Origin: Alphaproteobacteria bacterium
GTDB taxonomy: Bacteria > Pseudomonadota > Alphaproteobacteria > UBA2966
NCBI GenBank assembly: GCA_964291395.2
Contig: OZ219858.1
Span: 736,001 to 800,000 of the forward strand
Length of the DNA: 64,000 nt
Reading direction: 5' to 3'
Shown: piece after piece, positions 29,027 to 39,682 of the stretch
Numbering within the stretch: the stretch's first letter is position 1
Layout: every line of letters starts with the position of its first letter
Program-made: the position numbers and the translations under genes
The notes under the pieces: generated by a model
Databases searched by the model: none
The model's input: only the letters and a program-made list of their open reading frames with translations
Told to the model about the DNA's origin: nothing

Positions 29027-30523
29027 CTAGAGGGCCAAGGGATCGAGCGGATAGATCGGCCGGCGCACGTTCTTGTAGTCGAGGATTGAGTTGTCCGAGG
29101 TGGTGACGCCCCGGCCATCACAGGTGACCGTGGCCTGGGCCATGTCCCCGAACCCCGCGCGATAGTGGATGCGGGACTTCAGCAGCAGGTAGGTCCGTTC
29201 TGCAGGTTCGATCCCGACATTCGTGAAAACGCCGACGTCCCAGGGTTCGTGGTGTCGAGACACGATGACGATCTCCATCTTGCCGGTGTCAAGCACCGCC
29301 GTTGGCCCCATGGCGACCTCGACACCGGTGTACATGGGTCCTTCGACGGTCCAGGTTCCATCGGTCAAGGCGCTAACGCATCCGCTCACGGCGAGGGAGG
29401 ATCCAGTTCCTCCGATGGATGGCATGTCGGTTCTGCCGCCGAGTTCCAATGTGATCTCGGCATTCAACCCGGCGGTCCGCATGCAGCGAACCGCATCCGG
29501 GTCCCAAACCGCCGCGACGGCGACGCGATCGAGACCCTGACGGAGGACCTCGGCGATGACCGTCATGTCGTCCTGGGTACCGCCCGACCCGCAGTTGTCC
29601 GCGTGATCGAGCAGCAGGACCGGACCGGACCGGCCGCGAGCGCGCAACTCCAGTCCGAGCCACTTCGCCCGCGCCACCGCATCCGAGAGCGGCTCTCCCC
29701 GGTAGACGAACGACTCGCGCCGTGCCCAAGCAGCATCCAGCATCTCTTCACAGACGCTGGCGGCGCGCGCCCGGTCTCCGTCCGTGACCACGACGGCGGA
29801 AACGCCGGCTTCCGGCATGTCGGCCATAGGGAATCCCCCGAATACGGTGGCCGCAAGCGCTCCGTCCTCCTCCGCGCGGCGGGCCATGGCGATCAGCGAG
29901 CGCATCGGTTCTTCATCAGTCCCCTGGCGTAGCGTTTGGGCGAGGATGGGGCGATTCCCCCAGGCCATGACCGGCTCGATCTCGCCCCGCAGGGACGCCG
30001 TCAGAATGCCACCGACCTGACGTCCGACGTCGTACATGTCCGTATGCGGGTAGGTCTTGTATCCGATCAGCGCCGTACAATTGTCGACCATGCGTCGCGT
30101 CAGGTTGCAGTGCAGATCACACGTCACCGCGATCGGCAGATCCGGCGTGATAGAACGAATGCGTTCGAGAAGCGCGCCTTCGCCGTCCAGCGTGGACTCG
30201 CTCACCATAGCCCCATGGAGATCGAGGAGGACGGCGTCGCAACCGGCGCTCACGGCATCACAGATGGCATCGGACATGAAGGCCTCGGCCTCGGCTGAAA
30301 CCGGCCCGGAGGGCATGGCTTCCGCGGCGATGGGCGTGACGATCTCCGCTCCCACCTCCCGTGCGATTTCCAGGTAAGCCCCCATCGGCATGCCGGTACC
30401 CTCGTAGGCCCGGCGCGCATCGTCGTTGAGGTGGGCGCCCCAATCCTCGAAGCGCGCCCACGGCGTGGCGATCGGCGAGAACGTGTTCGTCTCGTGTTTC
30501 ATCATCGCGATGACGAACCGCAT
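29027..30523 (-). CDS. M81 metallopeptidase (MlrC-like)
   Basis: HETNTFSP, DLHGAMV, DLHCN, YPHTD, DNCGSGG, KSRIHYRA, RRPIYPLD. Confidence 0.92.
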   Translation of the reverse strand: MRFVIAMMKHETNTFSPIATPWARFEDWGAHLNDDARRAYEGTGMPMGAYLEIAREVGAEIVTPIAAEAMPSGPVSAEAEAFMSDAICDAVSAGCDAVLLDLHGAMVSESTLDGEGALLERIRSITPDLPIAVTCDLHCNLTRRMVDNCTALIGYKTYPHTDMYDVGRQVGGILTASLRGEIEPVMAWGNRPILAQTLRQGTDEEPMRSLIAMARRAEEDGALAATVFGGFPMADMPEAGVSAVVVTDGDRARAASVCEEMLDAAWARRESFVYRGEPLSDAVARAKWLGLELRARGRSGPVLLLDHADNCGSGGTQDDMTVIAEVLRQGLDRVAVAAVWDPDAVRCMRTAGLNAEITLELGGRTDMPSIGGTGSSLAVSGCVSALTDGTWTVEGPMYTGVEVAMGPTAVLDTGKMEIVIVSRHHEPWDVGVFTNVGIEPAERTYLLLKSRIHYRAGFGDMAQATVTCDGRGVTTSDNSILDYKNVRRPIYPLDPLAL

Positions 30524-30552
30524 TTCGCGTCCCCCCGTCATCGGCGCGACGC

Positions 30553-30581
30553 AAAAGGCCCGACGCTGTCGCCGGGCCTTT
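30553..30581 (-). terminator. Rho-independent terminator after the Bax inhibitor gene
   Basis: Minus strand AAAGGCCCGGCG-ACAG-CGTCGGGCCTTTT. Confidence 0.75.
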
Positions 30582-30608
30582 CGAGGTCGATGTGTTATCC
30601 GCGGTGGC

Positions 30609-31328
30609 TCAGCGCCGTTCGCCGAACAGCCTGAGCAACATGATCATCAAGTTGATGAAATCGAGATAAAGCGTAAGCGCCCCCATAACCGCCTTCTTGG
30701 TGGCTACGTCGGCGCTGTCCGCCTCAAAGTACATGTTGCGGATCTTCTGGGTGTCGTAGGCCGTCAACCCCACGAACACGAGCACGCCGATCACGGAGAT
30801 GGCGAAATCCAGCGCCGACGACGCGAGGAAAATGTTCACGATGCTGGCGATGATGATGCCGATCAGACCCATGAACATGAAGTTGCCCACACCGGTCAGG
30901 TCGCGCTTCGTCGTGTAGCCGTAGAGGCTCATGGCACCGAAGGTCGCTGTCGTGATGAAGAACACCCGCACGATACTGGCGCCCGTATAGGCCAGGAAAA
31001 TCCACGAGAGCGAAGCGCCCATCACGGCCGCGAAGGCCCAGAAGAGGGCCTGCGTGGCCGTCGCGCTGAGCCGGTTCAGGCCGAAGCTGAGCACTAAGAT
31101 GAAACCCAGCGGGGCGAGCATGATGACCCAATGCAGACCCGTGCCGTAGATCGCCTGCAGCAACGCGGGCGAGGACGCCACGAGAGCCGCGACGATGCCG
31201 CTCAGCGCCACGCCGGACGCCATGTAGTTGTATACCCGGAGCATATAGGCGCGCAGACCTTCGTCGATCGCCGCCTTCTCCGCCGCGGTCGCGCCGAGCG
31301 AAAGGCGCGCCTTGATGTCTTCGGCCAT
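30609..31328 (-). CDS. Bax inhibitor-1/YccA family membrane protein
   Basis: DEGLRAYMLRVYNYM, YGYTTKRDL, AYDTQKI, LYLDFINL. Confidence 0.95.
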   Translation of the reverse strand: MAEDIKARLSLGATAAEKAAIDEGLRAYMLRVYNYMASGVALSGIVAALVASSPALLQAIYGTGLHWVIMLAPLGFILVLSFGLNRLSATATQALFWAFAAVMGASLSWIFLAYTGASIVRVFFITTATFGAMSLYGYTTKRDLTGVGNFMFMGLIGIIIASIVNIFLASSALDFAISVIGVLVFVGLTAYDTQKIRNMYFEADSADVATKKAVMGALTLYLDFINLMIMLLRLFGERR

Positions 31329-31371
31329 GGTCTTCAGTCCCTTCGTCTGACCTTCCCAAAGTCAGAAAATA

Positions 31372-31400
31372 ATATTGGCGAAAACTCGTGGCAATTCAAG
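31372..31400 (-). promoter_or_regulatory. RpoH (sigma32)-type promoter for the yccA-like gene
   Basis: Minus strand CTTGAA-N16-CCAATAT, 43 nt upstream of the ATG. Confidence 0.6.
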
Positions 31401-31521
31401 GACGGTTCCGGCCGCCAGTATGGTAGCGAGAAGACCGCGGTCGAGCGTCCAGGTGACGTCGCGGGCGATCCGATCCCGCAGCCGTGAAGGTGTCCTGGAT
31501 TCGGGCTCGCCGTACATACCG

Positions 31522-34101
31522 TCATTCCGCCCTGAGAACCGCCATGACATTTTCTCCAAGGGCCTTCCACGTGCCCGCGAAACCCAGCAGAACCGTCACG
31601 GCGATACCGGCGACGGCGGTCACGGCAACCGCGAGCGGATCGAACACCCAGTCGCCTTCCATGACGAAGTACATCACGGCATAGCTTGCGGTGGTGCCCA
31701 CGATCGCGGCAAGCAGTGCCGTTATGGACCCGAGGACGGCATACTCGGTGACGAACGCCCGCGTGACATCGGCCCGCGTGGCGCCGAGGACCTTAAGGAC
31801 CACGGCATCGTAGACGCGGCGGCGATACCCGGCGGCAACCGCGCCGGCAAGGACAAGGAGGCCCGCAGCGATGGTAACGCTGGCGCTCGCCCTGACCGCC
31901 CAGGCGATACGTGAGAACATGTCGGTCACCGTCTCCAGCACGTCGCGAACGCGGACCGCGGAGACGTTGGCGAACCGGTCGGTCACCACGCGATGGAGCC
32001 GGTCCTCCGCCTCCGGGATGACGCTGACGGCTGCGACGTGGGTCTGCGGCGCGCCTTCGAGCGCTCCGGGAGCGAAGATCGTTGCGAACTCCACCCGGAT
32101 GCGGCTCCAGTCGATGGTACGCAGGTTATGGATCTCAGCCGTGATGCGGCGACCCAGAACGTTGAAGGTCAGCGTGTCGCCTACAGCGATGCCGAGTTCC
32201 TCGGCGATGTGCGCGTCCAGCGAGATGGCCGGCGGGCCGGAGTAACTCTCGGACCACCAGGTACCTGAGACGATGTCCGCGCCCTCAGGTGGTGTTGCGG
32301 CGTAAGTGAGGCCCCGTTCGCCGTTCACGAACCAGGAGGCCCGCGGGTCGTAGGTCGCCTCGTCCACCGGTGTGCCGTCGATCAGTGCGAGCCGTCCCCG
32401 CAGGTTGGGCATTTGCTGAAGCAGGTCGGCGCCATCTGTGCGCGCGACGATCTCTTCGAACGGCTGCACCTGATCCGGCTGGATATCGATGAAGAAGAAC
32501 GACGGCGCCCGCTCCGGGATGCGGTCCGCGATCTGACGGGAGAGGTTCGTGTCGAGCAACGCCACGGTGATCAGGACCGACAGACCGGCACCGATCGACA
32601 TGACGATCCCAGCCGTCGGTGCGCTGGGCCGCGTCAGGTTGGACAGCGCCAAGCGCAGAGCCGGCGACCGTGGCCGCTTCGATCTCGCGGTGCCGGCAAC
32701 GATCAGCTTCGCCACGATCCAGAACGCCAGGAGCGAGACCGCCGCCCCGACGATAAACCAGCGTGCGAAGAAGAGGTACTCCGTCGTCGACAGCGCCAGT
32801 CCGACCAGGGCGGCGAGCGCGAGAGTCGTGGCCAGCACATAACGCAACGGGGGAACACGCCGTGCGGGCGCGACGATGTCGCGGAACAGACCAGCGGCAG
32901 GCACATCACGTGCCCGCGCCAAAGGCCACAGGGTGAATATGATCGTGGTCAACATTCCGAACGCCGTGGCGACGACGAGAGGCGTGGGATAGAGGCCTGC
33001 CGCAGGAGGAACGGGGAGAGAGGGACCGGCTAGAGAAGCCATCAGAACCGGCGTCCCGCCCCCAAGTCCGAGTCCGATCGCAATGCCTAATAGTGCCAGG
33101 ACACCGACTTCGAGGAAGTAAGTCCGGAAGACGATGTCCGACGTGGCGCCCAAGCACTTGAGCGTGGCGATGGTCTCGGTCCGACCCGCGAGATGACTCG
33201 CCACGGCGTTGGCGATCCCGACACCGCCGATCACCAGGGCCGTCAGGCCGACGAGCGTCAGGAATATGCCGAGACGATTGACGAACCGCTTGACCGAGGG
33301 CTGCGCATCGTCGAGATCGTAGACGCGCCACGCCGCGTCGGGAAAGGCCGCGCTCAGTCTCTCGACCCACGGTCCCACCGTCTCCGTGGCCGGAAGGCGC
33401 ACGCGATACTTGTGCCGCAGCATGCTGCCGAGACGGACGAGACCCGTGGCGTCGAACGTCTCGTTCGTCACCATGAGGCGAGGTCCGAGCGTGAAGGCGC
33501 CCGCCACGCGGTCGGGCTCGCGAACGATCACCGCGCGGACTTCGATTTCCGCGTCGCCGACCTGCACGCGATCTCCGATAGCAAGACCGATACGGGACAG
33601 CAGCGTCTTCTCGACCGTCGCGCCCGGCACACCGCCGCGGGTCTCCAACGCCTCCGCAAGGGAGATGGACGGCGACAGCGCGATCGAGCCGTAGAGCGGG
33701 TAGGCGGGGTCGATTCCCTTGAGTTCCACCAATGTCCGCACATCCGACGCCGTCGCGTAAGCCATGGCGCGCAGTTCACGAACGGAGATCAAGGTTTCGC
33801 TGTTGTCCCTCAGCCAAGCCAACTGCTCTTTCGTTGCGCCATGCGCGGCGACGCGGATTTCCACGTCCGCGCCCAACAGCGCCCGGGCGTTCTCTGCCAG
33901 CCCGGCGCGGAACGCTTCGGCCAGGGAACCGACGCCCGAAATCGCTGCGACGCCGAGAACGATACAGGCCAGGAAAATACGAAAGCCCCTTATTCCGCCC
34001 CTGAGTTCGCGGCGCGCAAACCGCCATGCGACGAGCCAGGGACTGGACGCGGAAGCGCCTGCACGTGGAGAACCCGCGTCGGGGACGCCCATCGAAGGCA
34101 C
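31522..34101 (-). CDS. FtsX-like ABC permease (YbbP-like)
   Basis: ARRELRGG, LKCLGA, PSFFFIDIQ, LKVLGA; start uncertain. Confidence 0.9.
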   Translation of the reverse strand: MPSMGVPDAGSPRAGASASSPWLVAWRFARRELRGGIRGFRIFLACIVLGVAAISGVGSLAEAFRAGLAENARALLGADVEIRVAAHGATKEQLAWLRDNSETLISVRELRAMAYATASDVRTLVELKGIDPAYPLYGSIALSPSISLAEALETRGGVPGATVEKTLLSRIGLAIGDRVQVGDAEIEVRAVIVREPDRVAGAFTLGPRLMVTNETFDATGLVRLGSMLRHKYRVRLPATETVGPWVERLSAAFPDAAWRVYDLDDAQPSVKRFVNRLGIFLTLVGLTALVIGGVGIANAVASHLAGRTETIATLKCLGATSDIVFRTYFLEVGVLALLGIAIGLGLGGGTPVLMASLAGPSLPVPPAAGLYPTPLVVATAFGMLTTIIFTLWPLARARDVPAAGLFRDIVAPARRVPPLRYVLATTLALAALVGLALSTTEYLFFARWFIVGAAVSLLAFWIVAKLIVAGTARSKRPRSPALRLALSNLTRPSAPTAGIVMSIGAGLSVLITVALLDTNLSRQIADRIPERAPSFFFIDIQPDQVQPFEEIVARTDGADLLQQMPNLRGRLALIDGTPVDEATYDPRASWFVNGERGLTYAATPPEGADIVSGTWWSESYSGPPAISLDAHIAEELGIAVGDTLTFNVLGRRITAEIHNLRTIDWSRIRVEFATIFAPGALEGAPQTHVAAVSVIPEAEDRLHRVVTDRFANVSAVRVRDVLETVTDMFSRIAWAVRASASVTIAAGLLVLAGAVAAGYRRRVYDAVVLKVLGATRADVTRAFVTEYAVLGSITALLAAIVGTTASYAVMYFVMEGDWVFDPLAVAVTAVAGIAVTVLLGFAGTWKALGENVMAVLRAE

Positions 34102-34839
34102 CTAAGTCGCCGCGGCCAGGGCAGCATCCGCAGGCTGCACGATGCGCCCGTCGTTCAGGTACACGACACGGTCGCACCTGCTGGCCACCGCGGAGTCGTG
34201 GGTGATGAGCACCAGGGTCGTGTCCTCGCGCGTCCGGATCTCGAACATCAGATCGATGATCTGAGCTCCGGTAACCGTATCGAGATTGCCCGTGGGTTCG
34301 TCGGCCAGGACCAGAGCGGGGCCGGCGGCAAATGCGCGCGCCAGGGCCACACGCTGCTGTTCACCGCCGGAGAGCTGCGCCGGGTAATGGTCGACCCGGT
34401 CGTCCAGTCCGACGGCGGACAGACTCGCACGGGCTCGATCGAACGAGTCCGGGAAATCCGACAACTCCATCGGCACGGCGACGTTCTCCAGAGCCGTCAT
34501 CGCCGGGATGAGATGAAACGACTGAAACACGATACCCACGTGGCGGCGGCGGAAGAGGGCCAATGCATCCTCGCTCAGTCCGTCGAATTCGGTGCCGGCC
34601 ACCACAACTCGGCCGGCGCTGACCCTCTCCAGTCCGGCCGTCACCGCAAGCATGGTCGACTTTCCGGAACCTGACGGCCCGGCGACGCCGACGGTTTCTC
34701 CCGCGGCAACGGTGAGATCGATTCCGCGCAGGATGTTGACCGCGCCCGCTCGACTTTCCAGAGTGAGGTGCACACCTTCCAGGACAACCATCGGTTCCGG
34801 AGGCGTGGCTGGACGATTGGGGGCGATGGGTTCGGGCAT
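34102..34839 (-). CDS. ABC ATPase (YbbA-like)
   Basis: [24 protein letters not shown]. Confidence 0.92.
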   Translation of the reverse strand: MPEPIAPNRPATPPEPMVVLEGVHLTLESRAGAVNILRGIDLTVAAGETVGVAGPSGSGKSTMLAVTAGLERVSAGRVVVAGTEFDGLSEDALALFRRRHVGIVFQSFHLIPAMTALENVAVPMELSDFPDSFDRARASLSAVGLDDRVDHYPAQLSGGEQQRVALARAFAAGPALVLADEPTGNLDTVTGAQIIDLMFEIRTREDTTLVLITHDSAVASRCDRVVYLNDGRIVQPADAALAAAT

Positions 34840-34855
34840 GTTCAGGCGGTGTCGA

Positions 34856-35542
34856 ATGGTCGCGACGGCGGCACATAGCGCGTCGGGGTGGCGCGCGCGC
34901 TTCTACCATATAGGTCGTATCTCGATCTTCGTCATCCTTGCCGCGTGTCTTGCGCTAGCCGTCAGCGTCCGTTCGTCGTTGGCGGACCCGAAATTCATCA
35001 TCGCGGCGTTCGGCGACAGTCTGACGGCCGGCCATGGCCTTCCGGCCGCGGACGCCTTCCCGGTTCGGCTGGAATCCGCGTTGCGGAAGGCGGGAAAACG
35101 CGTCCGGGTGATCAACGCCGGCGTGTCGGGCGATACCACGGCAGGTGGTCGTGCCCGGCTCGGCTGGGTCCTGGCCGACAAGCCTGATGCCGTAATCGTC
35201 GAGCTCGGCGCCAACGACGCGATGCGCGGGATCGATCCCGCGGAGACGTCCCGAAATCTCGCCGCCATCCTTCAAATCCTGAAGAGGCGCGGTATCCGCG
35301 TGCTGCTCGCCGGCATGCTGGCGCCGCCGAATCTCGGCGACCGGTATGCCGAGGCATTCAACGCCATCTATCCGGAGCTGGCGGCGGCCTATGACGTGCC
35401 GCTGTATCCGTTCTTCCTCGACGGTGTCGCGGCGATTCCGGCGCTCAACCAGCCGGACGGCATTCATCCGACCGCCAAGGGGGTCGAACGCATCGTGAAG
35501 GGGATTCTCCCCTATGTCGTCCGTGTCGTCGAAGCCGAATAG
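34856..35542 (+). CDS. tesA: SGNH arylesterase/acyl-CoA thioesterase I (TesA-like)
   Basis: GDSL, GVSGDT, GAND, DGIHP; signal-like segment; divergent from ybbA as is usual; start uncertain. Confidence 0.88.
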   Translation: MVATAAHSASGWRARFYHIGRISIFVILAACLALAVSVRSSLADPKFIIAAFGDSLTAGHGLPAADAFPVRLESALRKAGKRVRVINAGVSGDTTAGGRARLGWVLADKPDAVIVELGANDAMRGIDPAETSRNLAAILQILKRRGIRVLLAGMLAPPNLGDRYAEAFNAIYPELAAAYDVPLYPFFLDGVAAIPALNQPDGIHPTAKGVERIVKGILPYVVRVVEAE

Positions 35543-35635
35543 GATGTCGCGGCCCATGGGATCGTGATAGACATCCCGGCGCACGCACCGGCTGAGATCG
35601 CCCTCTCCCGAAGTTTCGTTGCCCAGGACCAAAGC

Positions 35636-36175
35636 ATGATTCGGTTGTTCGTCGCGGTGGATCTGCCCGAGGGCGTGCGCGACCGGATCGCCGGCCTGTG
35701 TGCGGGGCTTCCCGGGGTCCGGTGGGTCGAACCCCAAAACCTGCATCTGACGTTGCGCTTCATCGGCGAAGTCGAGGAACCGCAGTTTCCCGAGATCGAT
35801 TCCGTGCTGTCTGCAATCCGGTCCCCCGCCTTCTCGCTCGCCATGGACGGAGTCGGTTATTTCGGCGATCGCCGTCGAGCCCGGGCTCTCTGGGCCGGGG
35901 TGCGGCCGTGCGAGGAATTGTCCGCCCTGCAATCGAAAACCGAATCGGCCCTTGCGCGGACGGGGCTGGAGCCCGAAACCCGAAAATTCCACCCCCACGT
36001 TACCCTTGCTCGGCTCAAGGGCATGAAAGCGAACCGGTTGGCGAGCTATCTCGAGGCGCACGGCGCTTTTTTCACGGAAGAATTCTCGATCAGAGAATTC
36101 GCGTTGTATTCGAGCCATTTGGGGCGCAACGCCGCCTCTTATATCCGGGAAGCCGGTTACCCCTTGGCCGTCTGA
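35636..36175 (+). CDS. thpR: RNA 2',3'-cyclic phosphodiesterase (2H family)
   Basis: RLFVA; two HxT motifs HLTL and HVTL. Confidence 0.92.
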   Translation: MIRLFVAVDLPEGVRDRIAGLCAGLPGVRWVEPQNLHLTLRFIGEVEEPQFPEIDSVLSAIRSPAFSLAMDGVGYFGDRRRARALWAGVRPCEELSALQSKTESALARTGLEPETRKFHPHVTLARLKGMKANRLASYLEAHGAFFTEEFSIREFALYSSHLGRNAASYIREAGYPLAV

Positions 36176-37086
36176 TCCGTATCGGGCTCGCCGACGCCGG
36201 GTCGGATCAGGAGCACCGGGATTTCCAAACCTTCCACGACATTGTCCGTGGACTTGCCCCGAAGCAGCGGACTCTCGCAGCCGAGAACGAACAATTCGCC
36301 GTGCTCCGCGTGTACGACCGTCGCAAGGCGGGCGGCTTCACGCCGACCGAGCCGGCGGAAGCGGGGTTGCAGCCCGAAGGCCGCCAACAGAGCATCAGCC
36401 TCTTCCTCCAGCCTCGGGGCGGTCCGCTTCGAGTCCGGGATGAAAACGGTGATCGGGTGTCTCTCGCTCAAGGCGAGCCGGGCGGCGAGGCGAAGCCCGC
36501 GGTCCCCGGTCGACGTGTCGTCGTAAGCCACCAGAATGGCGCCGGGCGGCGAATATGCCGCGGCGACAAAACGGTGGTGCGCGATAAGTACCGCACTCGG
36601 TGATCGGGCGCTCAAAGTCCGTGCCGTCTCGCCGAGCTTGACGCGTTGCGGGTACGCCCGGTCCGACTTGCCGACGATGACGATGTCGGCCTCGGAGGCG
36701 GCTGCAAGGATCTCGCTCGCCATGGCTCCCCGAGCAGTTCGAAATGACCAGCGGACGGAGAACCGCTCTGCGTTCATGGCGAGCATATCCCGCGCCACGC
36801 GCGCCTGACGCCGCAACTCGCGTTCCATCGACGAGAGATCCAGACCCTGCCCCGACGTCGTGGCAACGCTTACCACGCGGGTGCACGGGAGGCCCGCCAT
36901 GCGCAACAGGTTGATGTCCTCGACGAACAACCCTTCGATCTCGGCGCGCAGCTTGGCGGCGAGCCGGGTCGCGAGGTCCAGGGAGGTCAAGCTGTCCTCG
37001 GTCGCATCGAGGGCGACCAAAACACGGTAGACCTCCGGCTCCTGCGGTTCGGGCAGTCCGGTGGCCCGTGTCTGTTCCGGAGTCAT
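36157..37086 (-). CDS. Universal stress protein (tandem USP domains)
   Basis: VLVALD, GLFVED, DIVIVG, ILVAYD, PVLLIR. Confidence 0.82.
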   Translation of the reverse strand: MTPEQTRATGLPEPQEPEVYRVLVALDATEDSLTSLDLATRLAAKLRAEIEGLFVEDINLLRMAGLPCTRVVSVATTSGQGLDLSSMERELRRQARVARDMLAMNAERFSVRWSFRTARGAMASEILAAASEADIVIVGKSDRAYPQRVKLGETARTLSARSPSAVLIAHHRFVAAAYSPPGAILVAYDDTSTGDRGLRLAARLALSERHPITVFIPDSKRTAPRLEEEADALLAAFGLQPRFRRLGRREAARLATVVHAEHGELFVLGCESPLLRGKSTDNVVEGLEIPVLLIRPGVGEPDTDQTAKG

Positions 37087-39530
37087 GACCTGCTCTCCCC
37101 GTCACGTCGGCCGAACGCGCTCAGATCGTCGGCCAGACTCCGCAGACGATCTTCGACAAGCCGGTTCACCGTATTCGTACCGAACTCGCCACTCCTGCCC
37201 CGCACGCCGGCACGCCGGCCGGTCAGGAGCTCGATCCCTTCATCGATCGTCGTGACCGGGAATATGCGGAACTTGCCGGCCCCGCAGGCGTCGACCACGT
37301 CCTGCCGCAGCATCAGATGCTTGACGTTCGAGCCAGGAATCAAAACGCCCTGGTCGCCCGTCAAGCCCCGTTCCCGGCAAATGTCGAAGAAGCCCTCGAT
37401 CTTCTCGTTGACCCCGCCGATCGCCTGCACCCCGCCCTGCTGGTTGACCGATCCGGTCACGGCAAGGGACTGACGCAACGGCAGCGCCGACAGCGCCGAC
37501 AGCAGCGCGTACAACTCGGCGGAAGAAGCGGAATCACCATCAACGCCGCCATAGGACTGCTCGAAAACGAGGCTGGCCGACAGGGACAGCGGCCGGTCGA
37601 GGGCATACCGGGCGCCCAGGAATCCCGACAGGATGAGGACTCCCTTCGAGTGCAGGGGCCCGCCCAGATCGACTTCGCGCTCGATATCGACGACCTGCCC
37701 CCGGCCCATCCGCACCCGAGCGGTAATCCGATTGGGGCGCCCGAACGAAAAGTCGCCCAGCGAAATGACTGCGAGCCCGTTGATCTGGCCGACCCGCTCA
37801 CCGTCCGTGTCGATCAACACAGTGCCGCGCGTGATCTGCTCCTGCGATCGCTCGCGCAGGCGATCCGCCCTGCGGACGCGGGCATCGATCGCGTGCTGGA
37901 CGTCCGCCGCGGTCACGACCCGGCGTCCGTTCTCCGACGCCCAGAAGTCGGCCTCCCGCATGACATCCGTCACGCGCCCCATGCGCAGGCTCAACTTCTC
38001 GGCGTCGTCCGCGATGCGGGCACTATGTTCGATCAGACGCGCGACTGCCCGACGGTCGAACGGCCGCAGTTCGTCCTTGGCTGCAAGACCGGCGATCAGC
38101 CGAGCATAGGCGAACGAGCCCTCCCCGGACCGGTCCATGTCCCAGCCATAGTCTACGGACACCTTGAACAAGTCGTTGAACTCAGGGTCCAGGACGCTCA
38201 ATAGGTAGTAGATTCTGGGCTCGCCGGTCAGGATCACCTTGACGTCGAGCGGGACCGGCTCGGGCTCCAGCGAGACTGTGCTCACCAGGCTCAGGGCTTG
38301 GCCCAGCGACTCGATGCGAACCATGCGGGAATCCAGGGCCCGTTTCAGGCCTTCGTAGGCATAGGGCTGCGTGAGGAGCTTGACCGCGTCGATGATCAGA
38401 TATCCGCCGTTGGCCCGGTGCAGCGCGCCGGCGCGGATCAGTCCGAAGTCGGTCACCAGCGCGCCCATCTCGGCGATGTGCTCGACGCGGCCGATCAGGT
38501 TGGCGAACGTCGGGTTGTCCTCGTAGATAACCGGGGCACCGCCGTCGGCCGAGTTGTCCACCAGCAGATTGATCTCGTAACGGCGGAACGCCATGGAGGC
38601 CTGGAGTTGCGGCAGCGGATTGCCGGGGAGGCCAGGCTGGCCGGGTGGCGACTGCGTCTGGGCCTGCATCTGAGCCTGATGGTCGGCAAGGAAAACGTCG
38701 ACATTGTCGGTGATGTCCGTCGACACGGCTTCGAGGTACGCGACGATCCGGGAAAACTCCTTGTACCGCTCCTTTAGGGCTTCGATCATGTGCCCGACCG
38801 CGAAGGCGGTGACGTCCCGATTAAGTTCGCGGATGCGGTTGCGCCGGTCCTTGTCCCACTCCGGAATCTGCCGCACCGTCGCCTGCAGCTCGTGCTGTAG
38901 GACCTCGATATCGGACTCGAAGCGGCCGCGGTCTTCCTCCCTCAAGCCTTGGAAGGCCTCGGGCGAGATGACCTCTCCGTCCTTCATCGGGGCGAGCGCC
39001 AAACCCACCGGCGTTCGTACCAGCGCGACGCTTTTCTTCTTCGCCTTCTCCGCCAACTCCTCGAAGGCGTGCTCTTGCTTTTCCTTGAACTCCTCGTCGA
39101 GCGCCTGACGGCGAGCGCGGTAGTCCTCGCTGTCGAAGGCCGCGGGAATGGCTGTCTTGAGCTCCTCGATGAGGTTCGACATGTCCTCCCGGAGCTCGCC
39201 CCCCCGGCCGGGGGGAAGCTCGACGGCGAGCGGCTTCTGCGCGTCCTCGAAATTGTTCAGGACCACCCAGTCGGGCGGAACGTCCTCGTCCTGGGCGGCG
39301 CGCTTGAGGTATTCGCGAACCGTCGTGTGACGCCCCGTTCCCTCGGGACCGTGGACGAACAGATTGTAGCCGTCCCGCTTGATGCGGGTACCGAAGCGCA
39401 GGGCTTCGACGGCCCGCTCCTGCCCCAGCACGCCGACGTGCGGCTTTAGGTCCGACGTCGTCCGGAACGGAAATCCGGACAGGCGGCACCGTGTATAAAG
39501 CGCACTCTTGCTCAACGGCCGGAGGGCCAT
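37083..39530 (-). CDS. Lon-like ATP-dependent protease (LonB/LonC type, S16)
   Basis: GQERA, ANGGYL, DGDSAS catalytic Ser, GGVNEK catalytic Lys. Confidence 0.92.
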   Translation of the reverse strand: MALRPLSKSALYTRCRLSGFPFRTTSDLKPHVGVLGQERAVEALRFGTRIKRDGYNLFVHGPEGTGRHTTVREYLKRAAQDEDVPPDWVVLNNFEDAQKPLAVELPPGRGGELREDMSNLIEELKTAIPAAFDSEDYRARRQALDEEFKEKQEHAFEELAEKAKKKSVALVRTPVGLALAPMKDGEVISPEAFQGLREEDRGRFESDIEVLQHELQATVRQIPEWDKDRRNRIRELNRDVTAFAVGHMIEALKERYKEFSRIVAYLEAVSTDITDNVDVFLADHQAQMQAQTQSPPGQPGLPGNPLPQLQASMAFRRYEINLLVDNSADGGAPVIYEDNPTFANLIGRVEHIAEMGALVTDFGLIRAGALHRANGGYLIIDAVKLLTQPYAYEGLKRALDSRMVRIESLGQALSLVSTVSLEPEPVPLDVKVILTGEPRIYYLLSVLDPEFNDLFKVSVDYGWDMDRSGEGSFAYARLIAGLAAKDELRPFDRRAVARLIEHSARIADDAEKLSLRMGRVTDVMREADFWASENGRRVVTAADVQHAIDARVRRADRLRERSQEQITRGTVLIDTDGERVGQINGLAVISLGDFSFGRPNRITARVRMGRGQVVDIEREVDLGGPLHSKGVLILSGFLGARYALDRPLSLSASLVFEQSYGGVDGDSASSAELYALLSALSALPLRQSLAVTGSVNQQGGVQAIGGVNEKIEGFFDICRERGLTGDQGVLIPGSNVKHLMLRQDVVDACGAGKFRIFPVTTIDEGIELLTGRRAGVRGRSGEFGTNTVNRLVEDRLRSLADDLSAFGRRDGESRS

Positions 39531-39682
39531 GACGTCGACCGGTCAGGTGGTGTTCAAGGCCGCCGGGGCAGCCGGAGCGTCGATTCATGGGGTCGCGGGC
39601 GCGGAACGTCAAGAGACGGCCAAGGCGGGAATCTGTGTGAGCGATGAGAAGGTCGAGGTCGGGCCTGAAATCCGACCCCGAT

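Noticed and set aside
29027-30523. Microcystin degradation
   Set aside because: M81 family is widespread and mlrA/B/D are not seen
39657-39677. GGTCGGG-CCTGAAA-TCCGACC REP-like hairpin
   Set aside because: Single short degenerate copy; insufficient support
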